A stretch of DNA of 64,000 bases, taken from NCBI GenBank assembly GCA_044227985.1, contig JBGAVT010000001.1:6216-70215 (forward strand), written 5' to 3'. The translations under genes and the position numbers were made by a program. Positions 8,192 through 17,787 of this stretch are shown one piece after another (positions within the stretch are counted from its first letter, which is position 1; every line of letters begins with the position of its first letter). The stretch comes from Candidatus Saccharimonadales bacterium. Its GTDB lineage: Bacteria > Patescibacteriota > Saccharimonadia > Saccharimonadales > JAGPDM01. Under the pieces are notes generated by a model. It ran no database searches. It was given only the letters and a program-made list of their open reading frames with translations, and had not been told where the DNA came from.

Positions 8192-9376
8192 TTAGTGTTT
8201 ACAGACTGGGCAAATTTCTTCTTTGGTTAAGCCATAGCGCCAGACACTTACGGCCTTTCTGAGTGGTAAGAATTTTAGATAAAGATGTAAATCCGCTGCT
8301 CGCCGCAACACCCAGCCCAAGCGACCAAATATCATAGTCTCGCCCCAAAGAACTGCCGCCCAATGAGCCCCAACTGGTACAGCATAGATTGGTTTTTTGG
8401 CTTGAAAACTTAACAATGGTTTACCTTTTTGCTCGCGTATGATATTGCTGGCTACAAATCCAGCATGGTTCAAGGCAGTTTGAGCCATGCCACTATATTC
8501 AGTATCAGCAGCATCACCAACTACATAAATATGCGGAGCGCCTTCTAAGCGATTGTTTACAGTAACTCGTTTAAGTTTTCCCAAACCAAAAATATCCTTA
8601 TGTTGAATGAGAAAATGATTATTCTGGGCTCCTGCCGTCCATACTACTGTATGCGTTTTGATGTTCTTATTAGGCAATTGAATCTCCTCTGCAGTTTTGG
8701 ACTTAACCGCAGTATTGAGTAGAATTTTAACGCCAATTTCTTTTAATCGTTTTTCGACTTTTTGAGAAAATTTTTCTGGTAAATTCCCCAGAACCCGACT
8801 TCCAGCTTCAACTAAATAAATCGAATAGCTCATGTTTTTTAAACCATGCATTTTACGAATTTTTTCCAAATAGTAGACCATCTCAGCCGATAGCTCAACG
8901 CCAGTTGCGCCAGCGCCAACAACTACATAGGCTGCTTCCTTGTATTGACCAGCTAAGTGATCGTGGAGGTGTCTTTTCAGACGCAAAGCTTCTTGTATCG
9001 TTTTTACACCTAACGCATGCTCTTCGAGCCCCTCAATACCATAGAATGCTGTGCTATTACCGAGCGCAAGTATCAACTCATCATAATGGTAGTTTGCTCC
9101 CGACTCACCTGCTAAACTTTGGCTCTTTTCGTCAATACCCAGTGCTTTATCTTTTACGACTTCGATGTTCTTAGCATAAGAAAAGAACTCTTCCAACGGA
9201 ATTGCAACTTCCAGTGGAGAGCGTCCAGTGGCTGAACGGTATAGAGCTGCATGATATTCGAAATAGCTCGATGGCGATATCAAAACAACTTTTATGCCCT
9301 TAGTATTAGCTAGTTTAAGAGCTGCGTATACGCCGGCGAAACCTGCGCCAGCGATAACTACTTTTTTTTGGTTCAA
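8192..9376 (-). CDS. ndh: Type II NADH dehydrogenase (NDH-2), FAD-dependent
   Basis: Two dinucleotide folds, KKVVIAGAGFAGVYAA and AAYVVVGAGATGVELSAE. Preferred start is TTG at 9376 (AGGAGA RBS 6 nt upstream), giving MNQKKVVIAGAG. It overlaps the TGA of the upstream FAD-oxidase gene (TTGA). The ORF track's longer start at 9412 has no RBS. Confidence 0.8.
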   Translation of the reverse strand: MNQKKVVIAGAGFAGVYAALKLANTKGIKVVLISPSSYFEYHAALYRSATGRSPLEVAIPLEEFFSYAKNIEVVKDKALGIDEKSQSLAGESGANYHYDELILALGNSTAFYGIEGLEEHALGVKTIQEALRLKRHLHDHLAGQYKEAAYVVVGAGATGVELSAEMVYYLEKIRKMHGLKNMSYSIYLVEAGSRVLGNLPEKFSQKVEKRLKEIGVKILLNTAVKSKTAEEIQLPNKNIKTHTVVWTAGAQNNHFLIQHKDIFGLGKLKRVTVNNRLEGAPHIYVVGDAADTEYSGMAQTALNHAGFVASNIIREQKGKPLLSFQAKKPIYAVPVGAHWAAVLWGETMIFGRLGWVLRRAADLHLYLKFLPLRKAVSVWRYGLTKEEICPVCKH

Positions 9377-11031
9377 AATTTTCTCCTGATATGATTCTTT
9401 GAATATTCCCAATTAGCATCAGTTTTTTTATGTGGGTTAAAAATATTATTTGGATCAAAGATATACTTAGTTTGCTCGAATAATTTATAAACTTCCTGAC
9501 CGTACATTTTTTCCAAAAATGGACCACGAATCATACCATCATTGTGCTCACCCGAAATAACTCCATCGTAACTTTTGACAAGTTCAATAACCTCTCTGAG
9601 ACATGGCTCTATCTTTTCTCGTTCAGATTCAAGCGATAAATCCATTAAAGGGATGATATGAAAATTTCCATCACCGAGATGTCCAGCAATCGTATATACG
9701 AATTTGTATTTTTTCATAATTGCTTTAATTTTCGGTAGAAAATCTGGTAGATGCTCAGGGGGTACTAATATATCGTCAATGAACGGTGCGGTGTGAAGGT
9801 TCCCTTTGATATTTTTACGTAGTAGATTAAAGCTTTCACGGCGCATTATCCAGAATCTTTCCGCTCTACTCTCAGTATCCGCTTTCTCCGTTGTGATTTT
9901 CCAGCCTTTCGCATCAATCTCTTGTTTCAGATTTTCAACTTTTTGCTTTATAACATCTGGATCGTCGTCGTCAAAGCTAGCCATAAAAATTAAAATTGGT
10001 TTACCACGAAGAAGTATAAATGCATCAGGGATTAGACTAATTGCGAGCTTAAACAAGCCCAACCAACCTAAACTATGACGAAATTTCAGAAAGAAACGAA
10101 AGGCGAACCTTAAAGTATGTTCATCGAATCCCTCAATTGCAGTTGGATTATGTTTTCGCAAGATCTCAATAATTTCTCCTAGGTTATCAGTACTGCGTGC
10201 GTAACCTGCCAACACGCCAGAATGCTTTTTAGCATTAACTAGCCGAAAGGTTGTTTCAGTTATTAGACCAAGGGTACCTTGTGAGCCAACCAGAAGCTGC
10301 GACAAATCGAAAGTCCCAGCTTCTTTATCCCAAATATCCCATAATGTATGGCCAGTAGAATTTTTAGTTACGTTAGGTTTAGCATCTTGTATAAGTTCGT
10401 AGTTTTGATCAAGTAGTTTGTGCATTGCACGATAAATACTACCTTCAAAATCGTCTTGGCTGAGTTTTTCTTTGAGCTCTTGTTCGTTAAGCGCTCTAAA
10501 ACTGTATTCTTTACCATCATGCAGGACTGCTCTTAGGCTAGTTACAAATTTCTCAACTTTTCCGTAAACCAGTGACTTTTCACCACCAGCATCGTTTGCG
10601 ACCATACCACCAATTGCACAGATATCCTTCGAAGCCGGATATGCTGGCATAATTTTATTCTTCTCGAGTGTTACCTTTTCAAAATCACGATACCATACAC
10701 CTGGCTGCGAAGTAATCATATTTCCTGCGACATCGTCCAAATGATTCATATATTTCTCAAAAACAACTATAATTGAGTCATTGATAGATCCACCAGACAT
10801 ATCAGTTCCACCACTTCTGGCCGTGATAGACAAGCTCTTATCTTCTGATTTGTGTGAGTTTACCCAATCCACTATTGCCTCGACATCTTTAGTGTCTTTT
10901 GGATAAACAACTACCTGTGGCTTGATTTCAAATAAACTAGTATCATGCGAATATTTCTCAAGCGTTGCATCATCATTTTTAACATCGCCACTTATAACCG
11001 AAGTTAGGTGCGTAACATCTGTATTATCCAT
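9373..11031 (-). CDS. FAD-linked oxidase (GlcD / D-lactate dehydrogenase-like FAD-binding oxidoreductase)
   Basis: FAD-binding PCMH-type domain (…VVVYPKDTKDVEAIVDWVN…SITARSGGTDMSGGS…) and C-terminal FAD-oxidase domain. 552 aa. Confidence 0.8.
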   Translation of the reverse strand: MDNTDVTHLTSVISGDVKNDDATLEKYSHDTSLFEIKPQVVVYPKDTKDVEAIVDWVNSHKSEDKSLSITARSGGTDMSGGSINDSIIVVFEKYMNHLDDVAGNMITSQPGVWYRDFEKVTLEKNKIMPAYPASKDICAIGGMVANDAGGEKSLVYGKVEKFVTSLRAVLHDGKEYSFRALNEQELKEKLSQDDFEGSIYRAMHKLLDQNYELIQDAKPNVTKNSTGHTLWDIWDKEAGTFDLSQLLVGSQGTLGLITETTFRLVNAKKHSGVLAGYARSTDNLGEIIEILRKHNPTAIEGFDEHTLRFAFRFFLKFRHSLGWLGLFKLAISLIPDAFILLRGKPILIFMASFDDDDPDVIKQKVENLKQEIDAKGWKITTEKADTESRAERFWIMRRESFNLLRKNIKGNLHTAPFIDDILVPPEHLPDFLPKIKAIMKKYKFVYTIAGHLGDGNFHIIPLMDLSLESEREKIEPCLREVIELVKSYDGVISGEHNDGMIRGPFLEKMYGQEVYKLFEQTKYIFDPNNIFNPHKKTDANWEYSKNHIRRKF

Positions 11032-11059
11032 TAAAAGTCCTTTTCTTGTAGTCGGATTG

Positions 11060-11596
11060 TTATCTCAAAAAAGGATAATTTTTTACAAGTTTAGTTTGTG
11101 ACCACCACTTTCCTATGCCAAGCTGTTGCTGATCGTTCACCAAAAGAAGTCCTACTAATGCGAAGATATAAACAATATGTTCATCTATAATTGGGTTATT
11201 TTCAGGTAGTAACGTCGATGACCACATCATAAGCATCAGTAATACACCACTGATTGTGGCAATTCTCATACCAATTCCAAGCAGCAGGGCAATCCCAAGT
11301 CCAAGTAGTGCAGCCATAAAAAGTAGATCGATAAACCAATTACCTGCCAAAGACTGATAGAATTCAGCCAACGGACCATCAGTAGCAAACTTGAGAAATC
11401 CTTCTGTTGCAGAGCCCCCTGCGATTACTGACTTCTCGCATGCAACTGCCACTACCCCAGCTTCATCTCGGCAGGTCGAAAATCCAAGGCCAAAATACTT
11501 ATCAAGAAATGCCCACATAAATATAAAACCAAGTGACAGTCGAACCAAAGCCCAAGCATAATTTGCTTTTAGATTACCTTTTATCTTTTTTTTCAT
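11060..11596 (-). CDS. DoxX-family integral membrane protein
   Basis: About 4 TM helices with the DoxX-like pattern (…ALVRLSLGFIFMWAFLDK…). 178 aa. Confidence 0.5.
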   Translation of the reverse strand: MKKKIKGNLKANYAWALVRLSLGFIFMWAFLDKYFGLGFSTCRDEAGVVAVACEKSVIAGGSATEGFLKFATDGPLAEFYQSLAGNWFIDLLFMAALLGLGIALLLGIGMRIATISGVLLMLMMWSSTLLPENNPIIDEHIVYIFALVGLLLVNDQQQLGIGKWWSQTKLVKNYPFLR

Positions 11597-11662
11597 ATAA
11601 TTTTTTCCTATTTAACTTGCTAATGCTAATCGTAGCATAATCACACGATGAAAACTGTGACT

Positions 11663-12319
11663 TTAATCACGCTTATTTAATTCGATTTCTAGTTTATCTT
11701 TACTGTAAATATATACGTGATTTTTTTTGATCTCTACCAAGCCTTTATCTTGTAATTCATGAATAATACGACTGGTGGTTTCACGGCTTAGGCCAGCACG
11801 AGCTGCTAATTCTGTTATTGTTAACTCCAAATGCACCCCACCATTGTTTTGGCTGATCCCAAAACGAGCAAGCTGTATTAATAACTCTTGTAGTAGGCGA
11901 GTTTTTCCACTTCCGCCCATAAGTTGGCACATTCTTTCCAGTACCCCATCAGTTCCACGCAATAATCTGCTGATGATGTCTAGTAATACTTCATTATCTG
12001 ATTGTAAGAATTCAAGCACTTCTTCACTATCAGAGATCTTAAGCTGAACGTCACCAACTGCCTGGTAGCAGTATTTATTTGTGGTTTGGTTAAATAGATA
12101 TGATAACGAAAAATAGCTGCCAGGTTTAAAAACATTTGTAACTATTTCACTACCTGACAATGAGATATCGAATTGTCTGACATTGCCAGCTTTAATAAAA
12201 TATATAAATTTAGGCTGTTCGTAGGGCTGTATAATACACTGGCGATTGCTGAAACAAATGGATTTTTTATTGTTAAAAAAAGTACTAATCTTATCCTGCG
12301 CACTCAATAACTGGCTCAT
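11663..12319 (-). CDS. Crp/Fnr-family transcriptional regulator
   Basis: N-terminal cNMP-binding beta-barrel; C-terminal HTH LTITELAARAGLSRETTSRIIHELQDKGLV. Confidence 0.8.
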   Translation of the reverse strand: MSQLLSAQDKISTFFNNKKSICFSNRQCIIQPYEQPKFIYFIKAGNVRQFDISLSGSEIVTNVFKPGSYFSLSYLFNQTTNKYCYQAVGDVQLKISDSEEVLEFLQSDNEVLLDIISRLLRGTDGVLERMCQLMGGSGKTRLLQELLIQLARFGISQNNGGVHLELTITELAARAGLSRETTSRIIHELQDKGLVEIKKNHVYIYSKDKLEIELNKRD

Positions 12320-12360
12320 ACTAACTCAAGTATACTGCTTTCTCCTAGTTAGCAAAAGTT

Positions 12361-13680
12361 CTAACCGAAACGGAATTTTTCGATGTGTATAAGCTGTGAG
12401 CTCACACCAAACTCAATCAATTCTATTTTAAGTTTATCGATCATATCAACTGGACCACAAAGCCAAACCTCTCGCATCTTTAAATCAGCAACATATGTTT
12501 TTAATAAATCACCAGAAATATATTCCCCCTTCTGGACTCCCTTCGGTCGGCTAAGAACTGGTAAGATCTTAGCGTTCGTGTTTTTTAGCTCATCAAGCAG
12601 GACTAAATCTTCATCTGTTTGAGCACCGTAGACTAAGATATCATCGATGGTGCTCCATTCCTGTAGCATGGCATTGATCGGTGTAATACCTATACCTCCT
12701 GCGATGAATAACCTTTTCTTGCTGCTACATGGTTTTTCGAATATACCATATGGACCCTGAATCATTACTCTTGTGCCAGTTTTGACCGATTGAATCCGCA
12801 CTGAACCGTTGCCAATGTTTTTCACAGTGATACGTAGATGTTTATCGCCTGGAGCGCTTGAAATGGTAAATGGATGTGGCTGCCACCATAGTCCTGGTTC
12901 AAAAAAGCGCCACATTGCGAACTGTCCAGCATCATACTTGAAGCTATCTAGATTATCCCCAGCGATATATATAGAACTAACGTTCCCATTCTCTTTTTCT
13001 ATTTTATCGACGCGAAAATTATACTTTCTATATAGAACTGCCGGGATAATATATCGGAACAAAATGATACCCCCAAGAGCAACAATATAAAGACCAATCC
13101 AGGCAAATTTGAAGATCGCGAAACGACCAAGAGCATTACCTGCTTGAACCTGATGAAAAACCGGTAATAGAATTGAAAGGTACGCCAAGAAATGAATCCC
13201 ATGCCACAACTCATACGGCAGTTTTTTTCGGACCATGACGATACTAGTAATTATTACTACCAAAAATGATACCCAAGCCACACCTGCCAATAAGTAATAT
13301 ACCTCGGAAGTGACTAGTGAAAGATACTGTGAAACGAAATTAGTTATTGGACTATCAGCTCGAAGAAGATATCCGAAGACCATCAAAACAATGTGGGCGA
13401 AGATGAAGAAGAATGCAACTTTGCCATTCGCGGCATGAGCACTAGACAATCTGTCCAAACCAAATTTGCTCTCAATGAATTTACCACTACCAATTAAAAA
13501 TAGTTGCGTTAATAGTAGGTAGCTAGCTGTGAATCCACTAAGCGCTGCTAGGGAAATCAATACTTCAGATAGTTGACTTCCACTGAAGCGGAACGAATAT
13601 GTCGCCATCCAGAAGCCAGTAATTACGAGCAAGCTGCAAAGCCACAGCCCATACAGTATGTTTCTTGATATTTTATTCAT
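12361..13680 (-). CDS. Ferric-reductase-domain flavocytochrome (bacterial NOX/FRE-like NAD(P)H oxidoreductase)
   Basis: Six-TM N-terminal domain with paired His in two helices (…FAHIVLMVFGYLL…; …WHGIHFLAYLSILLPVFHQ…). FAD-binding HPFTISS and NAD-binding GGIGITP motifs in the C-terminal dehydrogenase domain. Confidence 0.75.
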   Translation of the reverse strand: MNKISRNILYGLWLCSLLVITGFWMATYSFRFSGSQLSEVLISLAALSGFTASYLLLTQLFLIGSGKFIESKFGLDRLSSAHAANGKVAFFFIFAHIVLMVFGYLLRADSPITNFVSQYLSLVTSEVYYLLAGVAWVSFLVVIITSIVMVRKKLPYELWHGIHFLAYLSILLPVFHQVQAGNALGRFAIFKFAWIGLYIVALGGIILFRYIIPAVLYRKYNFRVDKIEKENGNVSSIYIAGDNLDSFKYDAGQFAMWRFFEPGLWWQPHPFTISSAPGDKHLRITVKNIGNGSVRIQSVKTGTRVMIQGPYGIFEKPCSSKKRLFIAGGIGITPINAMLQEWSTIDDILVYGAQTDEDLVLLDELKNTNAKILPVLSRPKGVQKGEYISGDLLKTYVADLKMREVWLCGPVDMIDKLKIELIEFGVSSQLIHIEKFRFG

Positions 13681-13726
13681 CGAAAGTATCCTCGCTATTA
13701 TTTGTTAATGAATCTATACTTACTAA

Positions 13727-14134
13727 ATGCGAAAAACTTATATCGTTGGATTAGTTTTTGTACTTACAATAGCAGTCAGCGGAACTGCATTCTATCTAGG
13801 AAGCCAAAGCTCACCTAACACTCAGACTACAACCAATCAATCACCGAAACAATCATCGAATAAAACTGGAAATAGTCCAACTGACACTAATAAGACTATA
13901 TCACTTAGTGAAATTAAAAATCATGACAACCAAGATGATTGCTGGATGGCTATAAATGGAATTGTTTATAATCCAACTGATTACATAAACCAACATCCTG
14001 GTGGTAATGACATACTAGAGGGTTGTGGCGTCGATGCAACTAAACTTTTCAAAAATCGCTCAGGCGAAGGTCCACACTCATCATTTGCTAATGACTTACT
14101 CGCTGAGTATAAAATAGGTACTTTACAACAGTAA
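13727..14134 (+). CDS. Membrane-anchored cytochrome b5-like heme-binding protein
   Basis: N-terminal TM, linker, then a cytochrome b5 domain with the HPGG heme-ligand motif (DCWMAINGIVYNPTDYINQHPGGNDIL). Confidence 0.75.
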   Translation: MRKTYIVGLVFVLTIAVSGTAFYLGSQSSPNTQTTTNQSPKQSSNKTGNSPTDTNKTISLSEIKNHDNQDDCWMAINGIVYNPTDYINQHPGGNDILEGCGVDATKLFKNRSGEGPHSSFANDLLAEYKIGTLQQ

Positions 14135-14154
14135 AGAAGTATAAGACTACTATT

Positions 14155-14577
14155 CTAAAAATTATTACTGAATAAAAAATTTCGCCAATCTTCTACGTTC
14201 TGTTTAATTTTGGCACCAGTTTGAGCGACTCTACCTTTAGGCTCTTCTGTTGCTGTTTCCGGTTTCTGTTGGCTTCGTTTAGGAATAATCAATACGTTTT
14301 CTCCAGGTTTTTTAAGATTCAAACTCTCTCTTGCCTCTTGTTCTAGATAGGTGTCAGTATTTAGATATGTAATCTCATAGCTAAGCTGCTCATTCTCGAG
14401 TGCTAATTGATCAATTTCTTGATTGAGCTCATCAACACGCTGCTGGAATGTATAGTTTTTCTGTACAGCTTGTATGGTATTCCAGCCAAGTAAAGCTGAA
14501 ACGATAAATAGTAAAATAAAGCCGATACCTTGAGCCTGAAATCCCCGTGCAAATATATTTTTTAGTTTATCAATCAC
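14155..14577 (-). CDS. Septum-formation initiator family protein (FtsB/DivIC/FtsL-like)
   Basis: Single N-terminal TM followed by a coiled-coil/leucine-zipper (VDELNQEIDQLALENEQLSYEITYL). Confidence 0.5.
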   Translation of the reverse strand: MIDKLKNIFARGFQAQGIGFILLFIVSALLGWNTIQAVQKNYTFQQRVDELNQEIDQLALENEQLSYEITYLNTDTYLEQEARESLNLKKPGENVLIIPKRSQQKPETATEEPKGRVAQTGAKIKQNVEDWRNFLFSNNF

Positions 14578-14702
14578 GACCCTATCATACCTTTTTTTAG
14601 ACTCAGAAAGAATTGATGAATGAATATTTTACGAAATAAACACTAGATAATTCACTTCTGGTATCGACACATTAGAATAAGTATCTATACTAAACATCAC
14701 TG

Positions 14703-15998
14703 ATGACAAATCACAAAATATCACAGATACATGCACGACAAATATTTGACTCTCGAGGTAACCCAACCGTCGAGGCAGAGTTAGTTACTGAGACTGGTTT
14801 TGGTGGACGTGCTGCTGTTCCAAGTGGCGCCAGCACCGGTAGCTTCGAAGCAATTGAGCGACGCGATGGCGGTAAATTATTTGGTGGTAAGTCAGTTCAA
14901 AGCGTAATTACAAGCATAAATGGCGAAATAACTGATGCTTTGATTGGAATAGAAGTTACGGACCAAAGGGCAATCGATAATGCCCTGATTAAACTCGATG
15001 GCACAAAAAACAAGTCAAGACTTGGCGCTAATGCTACACTCGCTGTTTCACTGGCAGCAGCCCATGCAGGTGCTGCCACAGACGGAAGAGCACTATTTGC
15101 ATACCTCGCAGAAGTATCGGGCAACAAGACCGTTCGGATGCCCTTACCGATGGTTAATGTTCTTAATGGCGGAGTACATACAGTTAAGAGCAGCGATATC
15201 CAAGAATTTATGATTGTGCCGATTGGAGCCACAAGCTTTTCGGAAGCGCTTAGGATGTGTGCTGAAGTATTTCAAAGCTTGCGTAAAATCATCATCAAAA
15301 AGGGTAATAGCCCAACTGTTGGTGATGAAGGTGGGTTTGCTCTACCGAATGCTACGACTAAGCAGAATATTGAAATGATTGAACAAGCGTGCGCTAAAGC
15401 TGGCTATAACTTTGGTCTAGAGATTGCGCTGGCATTAGACGTCGCTGCTAGCGAATTATATGATCCAACTTCTAAAAAATATATTTTAGATTCGGAAAAT
15501 AAACGATTCACTAGTGAAGAAATGATTGATTGGTTACAAGAGCTCGTTCGTACGTATCCAATTATCTCGATTGAGGACGGGCTAAATGAGTCAGATTGGC
15601 AAGGGTGGAAGGAACTTCAATTGCAACTTGGTGATGTTTGCCAAATAGTTGGTGATGATATATTCGTTACTAATCCAGAGCTTTTACAGCGAGGAATTGA
15701 CAGTGGTTGCGCTAACTCAATCCTGATTAAACCAAACCAAATCGGTACGCTAACCGAAACAATTGACGCCGTAAAATTAGCTCAAGCCAATGACTGGAGG
15801 GCAATTATCTCTCATAGGAGCGGGGAGACAGAAGACACTACTATTGCTCACCTAGCGGTTGGTTTAAATACTGGACAGATCAAGGCTGGTTCAATGTCGA
15901 GAACTGATCGAACCGCAAAATATAATGAGTTACTTAGAATTGAAGAAATGCTTTCGCCGTATGCAGAATTTGCTGGAGCAAAGGCCATTGTTCGTTAA
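14703..15998 (+). CDS. eno: Enolase (phosphopyruvate hydratase)
   Basis: Canonical N-terminus IHARQIFDSRGNPTVEAEL…; conserved SHRSGETED and IKxNQIGTLTET motifs. Confidence 0.95.
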   Translation: MTNHKISQIHARQIFDSRGNPTVEAELVTETGFGGRAAVPSGASTGSFEAIERRDGGKLFGGKSVQSVITSINGEITDALIGIEVTDQRAIDNALIKLDGTKNKSRLGANATLAVSLAAAHAGAATDGRALFAYLAEVSGNKTVRMPLPMVNVLNGGVHTVKSSDIQEFMIVPIGATSFSEALRMCAEVFQSLRKIIIKKGNSPTVGDEGGFALPNATTKQNIEMIEQACAKAGYNFGLEIALALDVAASELYDPTSKKYILDSENKRFTSEEMIDWLQELVRTYPIISIEDGLNESDWQGWKELQLQLGDVCQIVGDDIFVTNPELLQRGIDSGCANSILIKPNQIGTLTETIDAVKLAQANDWRAIISHRSGETEDTTIAHLAVGLNTGQIKAGSMSRTDRTAKYNELLRIEEMLSPYAEFAGAKAIVR

Positions 15999-16001
15999 TC
16001 G

Positions 16002-17516
16002 TTATCCGAGAGATTTTCTAATACCTGCAGCCCGCAGGATGTCACCATTGGTATCAGTATTTTCTTCAGAAGTAATTCCATAGTAAATATTAGAGCTAAG
16101 ATTCTTATGAATCATATGGCTTGTTTTATCCGGACCAACTTCAATACCAAGGATTTTTTCAGCTAAAGCAATGTCGTTTTTAATCAGCTTCCAGTCAGAG
16201 TTCTGAGAAATTAAAAGTTCTAAATTATCACGATTTAAATAATGTCCGGCATGGATAATATCACGACGAAGGTTCTTGTAAATATCATCTATCAGCTCAA
16301 GCATTCCATCCTTTTCTGCCTGTTGTAGGGCTCGGCCAAGTCCAATAAATTCGGGTGGCATCCCAATGCTGTATAACGAACCTGTGAACTTTATTGCTCG
16401 GGGCAACGTAACTTTACCCATGCCACGGAAATAACCGCTGAGACCAACGTGCTGGACGCGCTCGCGATGGCTTGGAATCTTGGAAGCAATTTTGTTGATC
16501 AATGGTGCAATTGATTCGACACTGGCTTGATAGAATTTTTTGGCTTTAGCATTAAAAGCTTTTATTCGTTTAGCCTCCTCAAGAGTTATTCTGCGATAAT
16601 CATCTTGTATTTTAGGAATCTCCTCGTTGAGTCGTTTGATGGCTGCAACTACTTGATCTTTGTGGTAATCATAACGGAAAGCACTCTGCACCGTCACCGA
16701 GCTCAAACCTTTATATTCCTCAAGCACGGCATCAATATTCTCAGGATTTATACCACCACGAAATGGCAGACTACCACCGCCAATCCATGGGTGAATGGCA
16801 ATATCATGCTTTTCACCGAAGGCGTGATATGAAGAAATTGCTGACTTTACCGCTAGCATACACGGTAGCAAACCCGCATCCATAGCAGGGTCAGAGCGCG
16901 CAAGAAAAACACGCAGATACTCTGGCTTATGCTTAAACTCTTTTTGTAAGAAAGCTACATATTCTTCAAGAATACTATCAGCTTCCGCCATCGTACCAAC
17001 CTCTTCGAATAATGGAATGATATTCAAGACATTAAAACTCGACTCAGCATCAAACATGTCGTTACTAGCTTTGATTATTTTACTGAATTTCTTCTGAAGA
17101 TAGATTAATTGATCAGCTCGTTTTGTCATCGGTAGTATAACTTCGAAAAGTGGCTTTTCTGACATCTTCATTTGACGAGCTGCATGCTCTGCAGAAATAA
17201 GGTTAATAAATGCACGTGGCAAACGATGCGATGGTTCTTCCCATATATTAGGGATTCGAAAGGTTAGAAATAATTCTTTTCCAAGAGGATGCTTTTTAAA
17301 ATAATCATGATGTTCCTGAAACATACGATCTATGACTGCCTCATCAACGAACTTGCCTTCCCAATCCCACATATATTCGTGAACACCAAGCTCAGAGAAA
17401 CAACGATAACATTCTTCGATTTCTTCACTGGCTGATACAAACGGTGAATTACCAAAATATGGTGCCCGTGAATTGTCCGGATGCTGGGTTGCCATTGTTA
17501 CAGGAATTTTTCGCAT
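16002..17516 (-). CDS. ppcA: Archaeal-type phosphoenolpyruvate carboxylase (PpcA-type)
   Basis: About 504 aa with the archaeal-type signature N-terminus IPVTMATQHPDN, unlike the roughly 900-aa bacterial Ppc. Confidence 0.8.
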   Translation of the reverse strand: MRKIPVTMATQHPDNSRAPYFGNSPFVSASEEIEECYRCFSELGVHEYMWDWEGKFVDEAVIDRMFQEHHDYFKKHPLGKELFLTFRIPNIWEEPSHRLPRAFINLISAEHAARQMKMSEKPLFEVILPMTKRADQLIYLQKKFSKIIKASNDMFDAESSFNVLNIIPLFEEVGTMAEADSILEEYVAFLQKEFKHKPEYLRVFLARSDPAMDAGLLPCMLAVKSAISSYHAFGEKHDIAIHPWIGGGSLPFRGGINPENIDAVLEEYKGLSSVTVQSAFRYDYHKDQVVAAIKRLNEEIPKIQDDYRRITLEEAKRIKAFNAKAKKFYQASVESIAPLINKIASKIPSHRERVQHVGLSGYFRGMGKVTLPRAIKFTGSLYSIGMPPEFIGLGRALQQAEKDGMLELIDDIYKNLRRDIIHAGHYLNRDNLELLISQNSDWKLIKNDIALAEKILGIEVGPDKTSHMIHKNLSSNIYYGITSEENTDTNGDILRAAGIRKSLG

Positions 17517-17642
17517 TACTTCATTATAATCGATTTTTGGAATATAACACTAAATACTAAAATTTCATCCACACAAGCTAATGCAAAAAAAATATTCGGA
17601 CAAACGAGAACCAAATGGTAGGAAAATATACAATTCTAAAGC

Positions 17643-17718
17643 TGGTGGGGGTGGCTGGGTTCGAACCAGCGACCAATCAGTTATGAGCCGACTGCTCTAA
17701 CCACTGAGCTACACCCCC
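17643..17718 (-). tRNA. tRNA with CAT anticodon (elongator tRNA-Met or lysidine-modified tRNA-Ile2)
   Basis: Minus-strand sequence GGGGGTGTAGCTCAGTGGTTAGAGCAGTCGGCTCATAACTGATTGGTCGCTGGTTCGAACCCAGCCACCCCCACCA. Fully paired 7-bp acceptor stem, TTCGAAC T-loop, CCA encoded. Met vs Ile2 cannot be distinguished by eye. Confidence 0.85.
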
Positions 17719-17787
17719 GGAAATTAGCTTTTACAGTGAAAAACTTCTAATATTGTAACTGATTTCAGCAATCACTGCCAGATTGCA

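Noticed and set aside
9377-9412. Longer NDH-2 start (TTG at 9412, MGIFKESYQEK…)
   Set aside because: It has no RBS and would extend 36 nt into the upstream FAD-oxidase gene. The TTG at 9376 has an AGGAGA RBS and gives the canonical MxxKKVVIAGAGFAG N-terminus.
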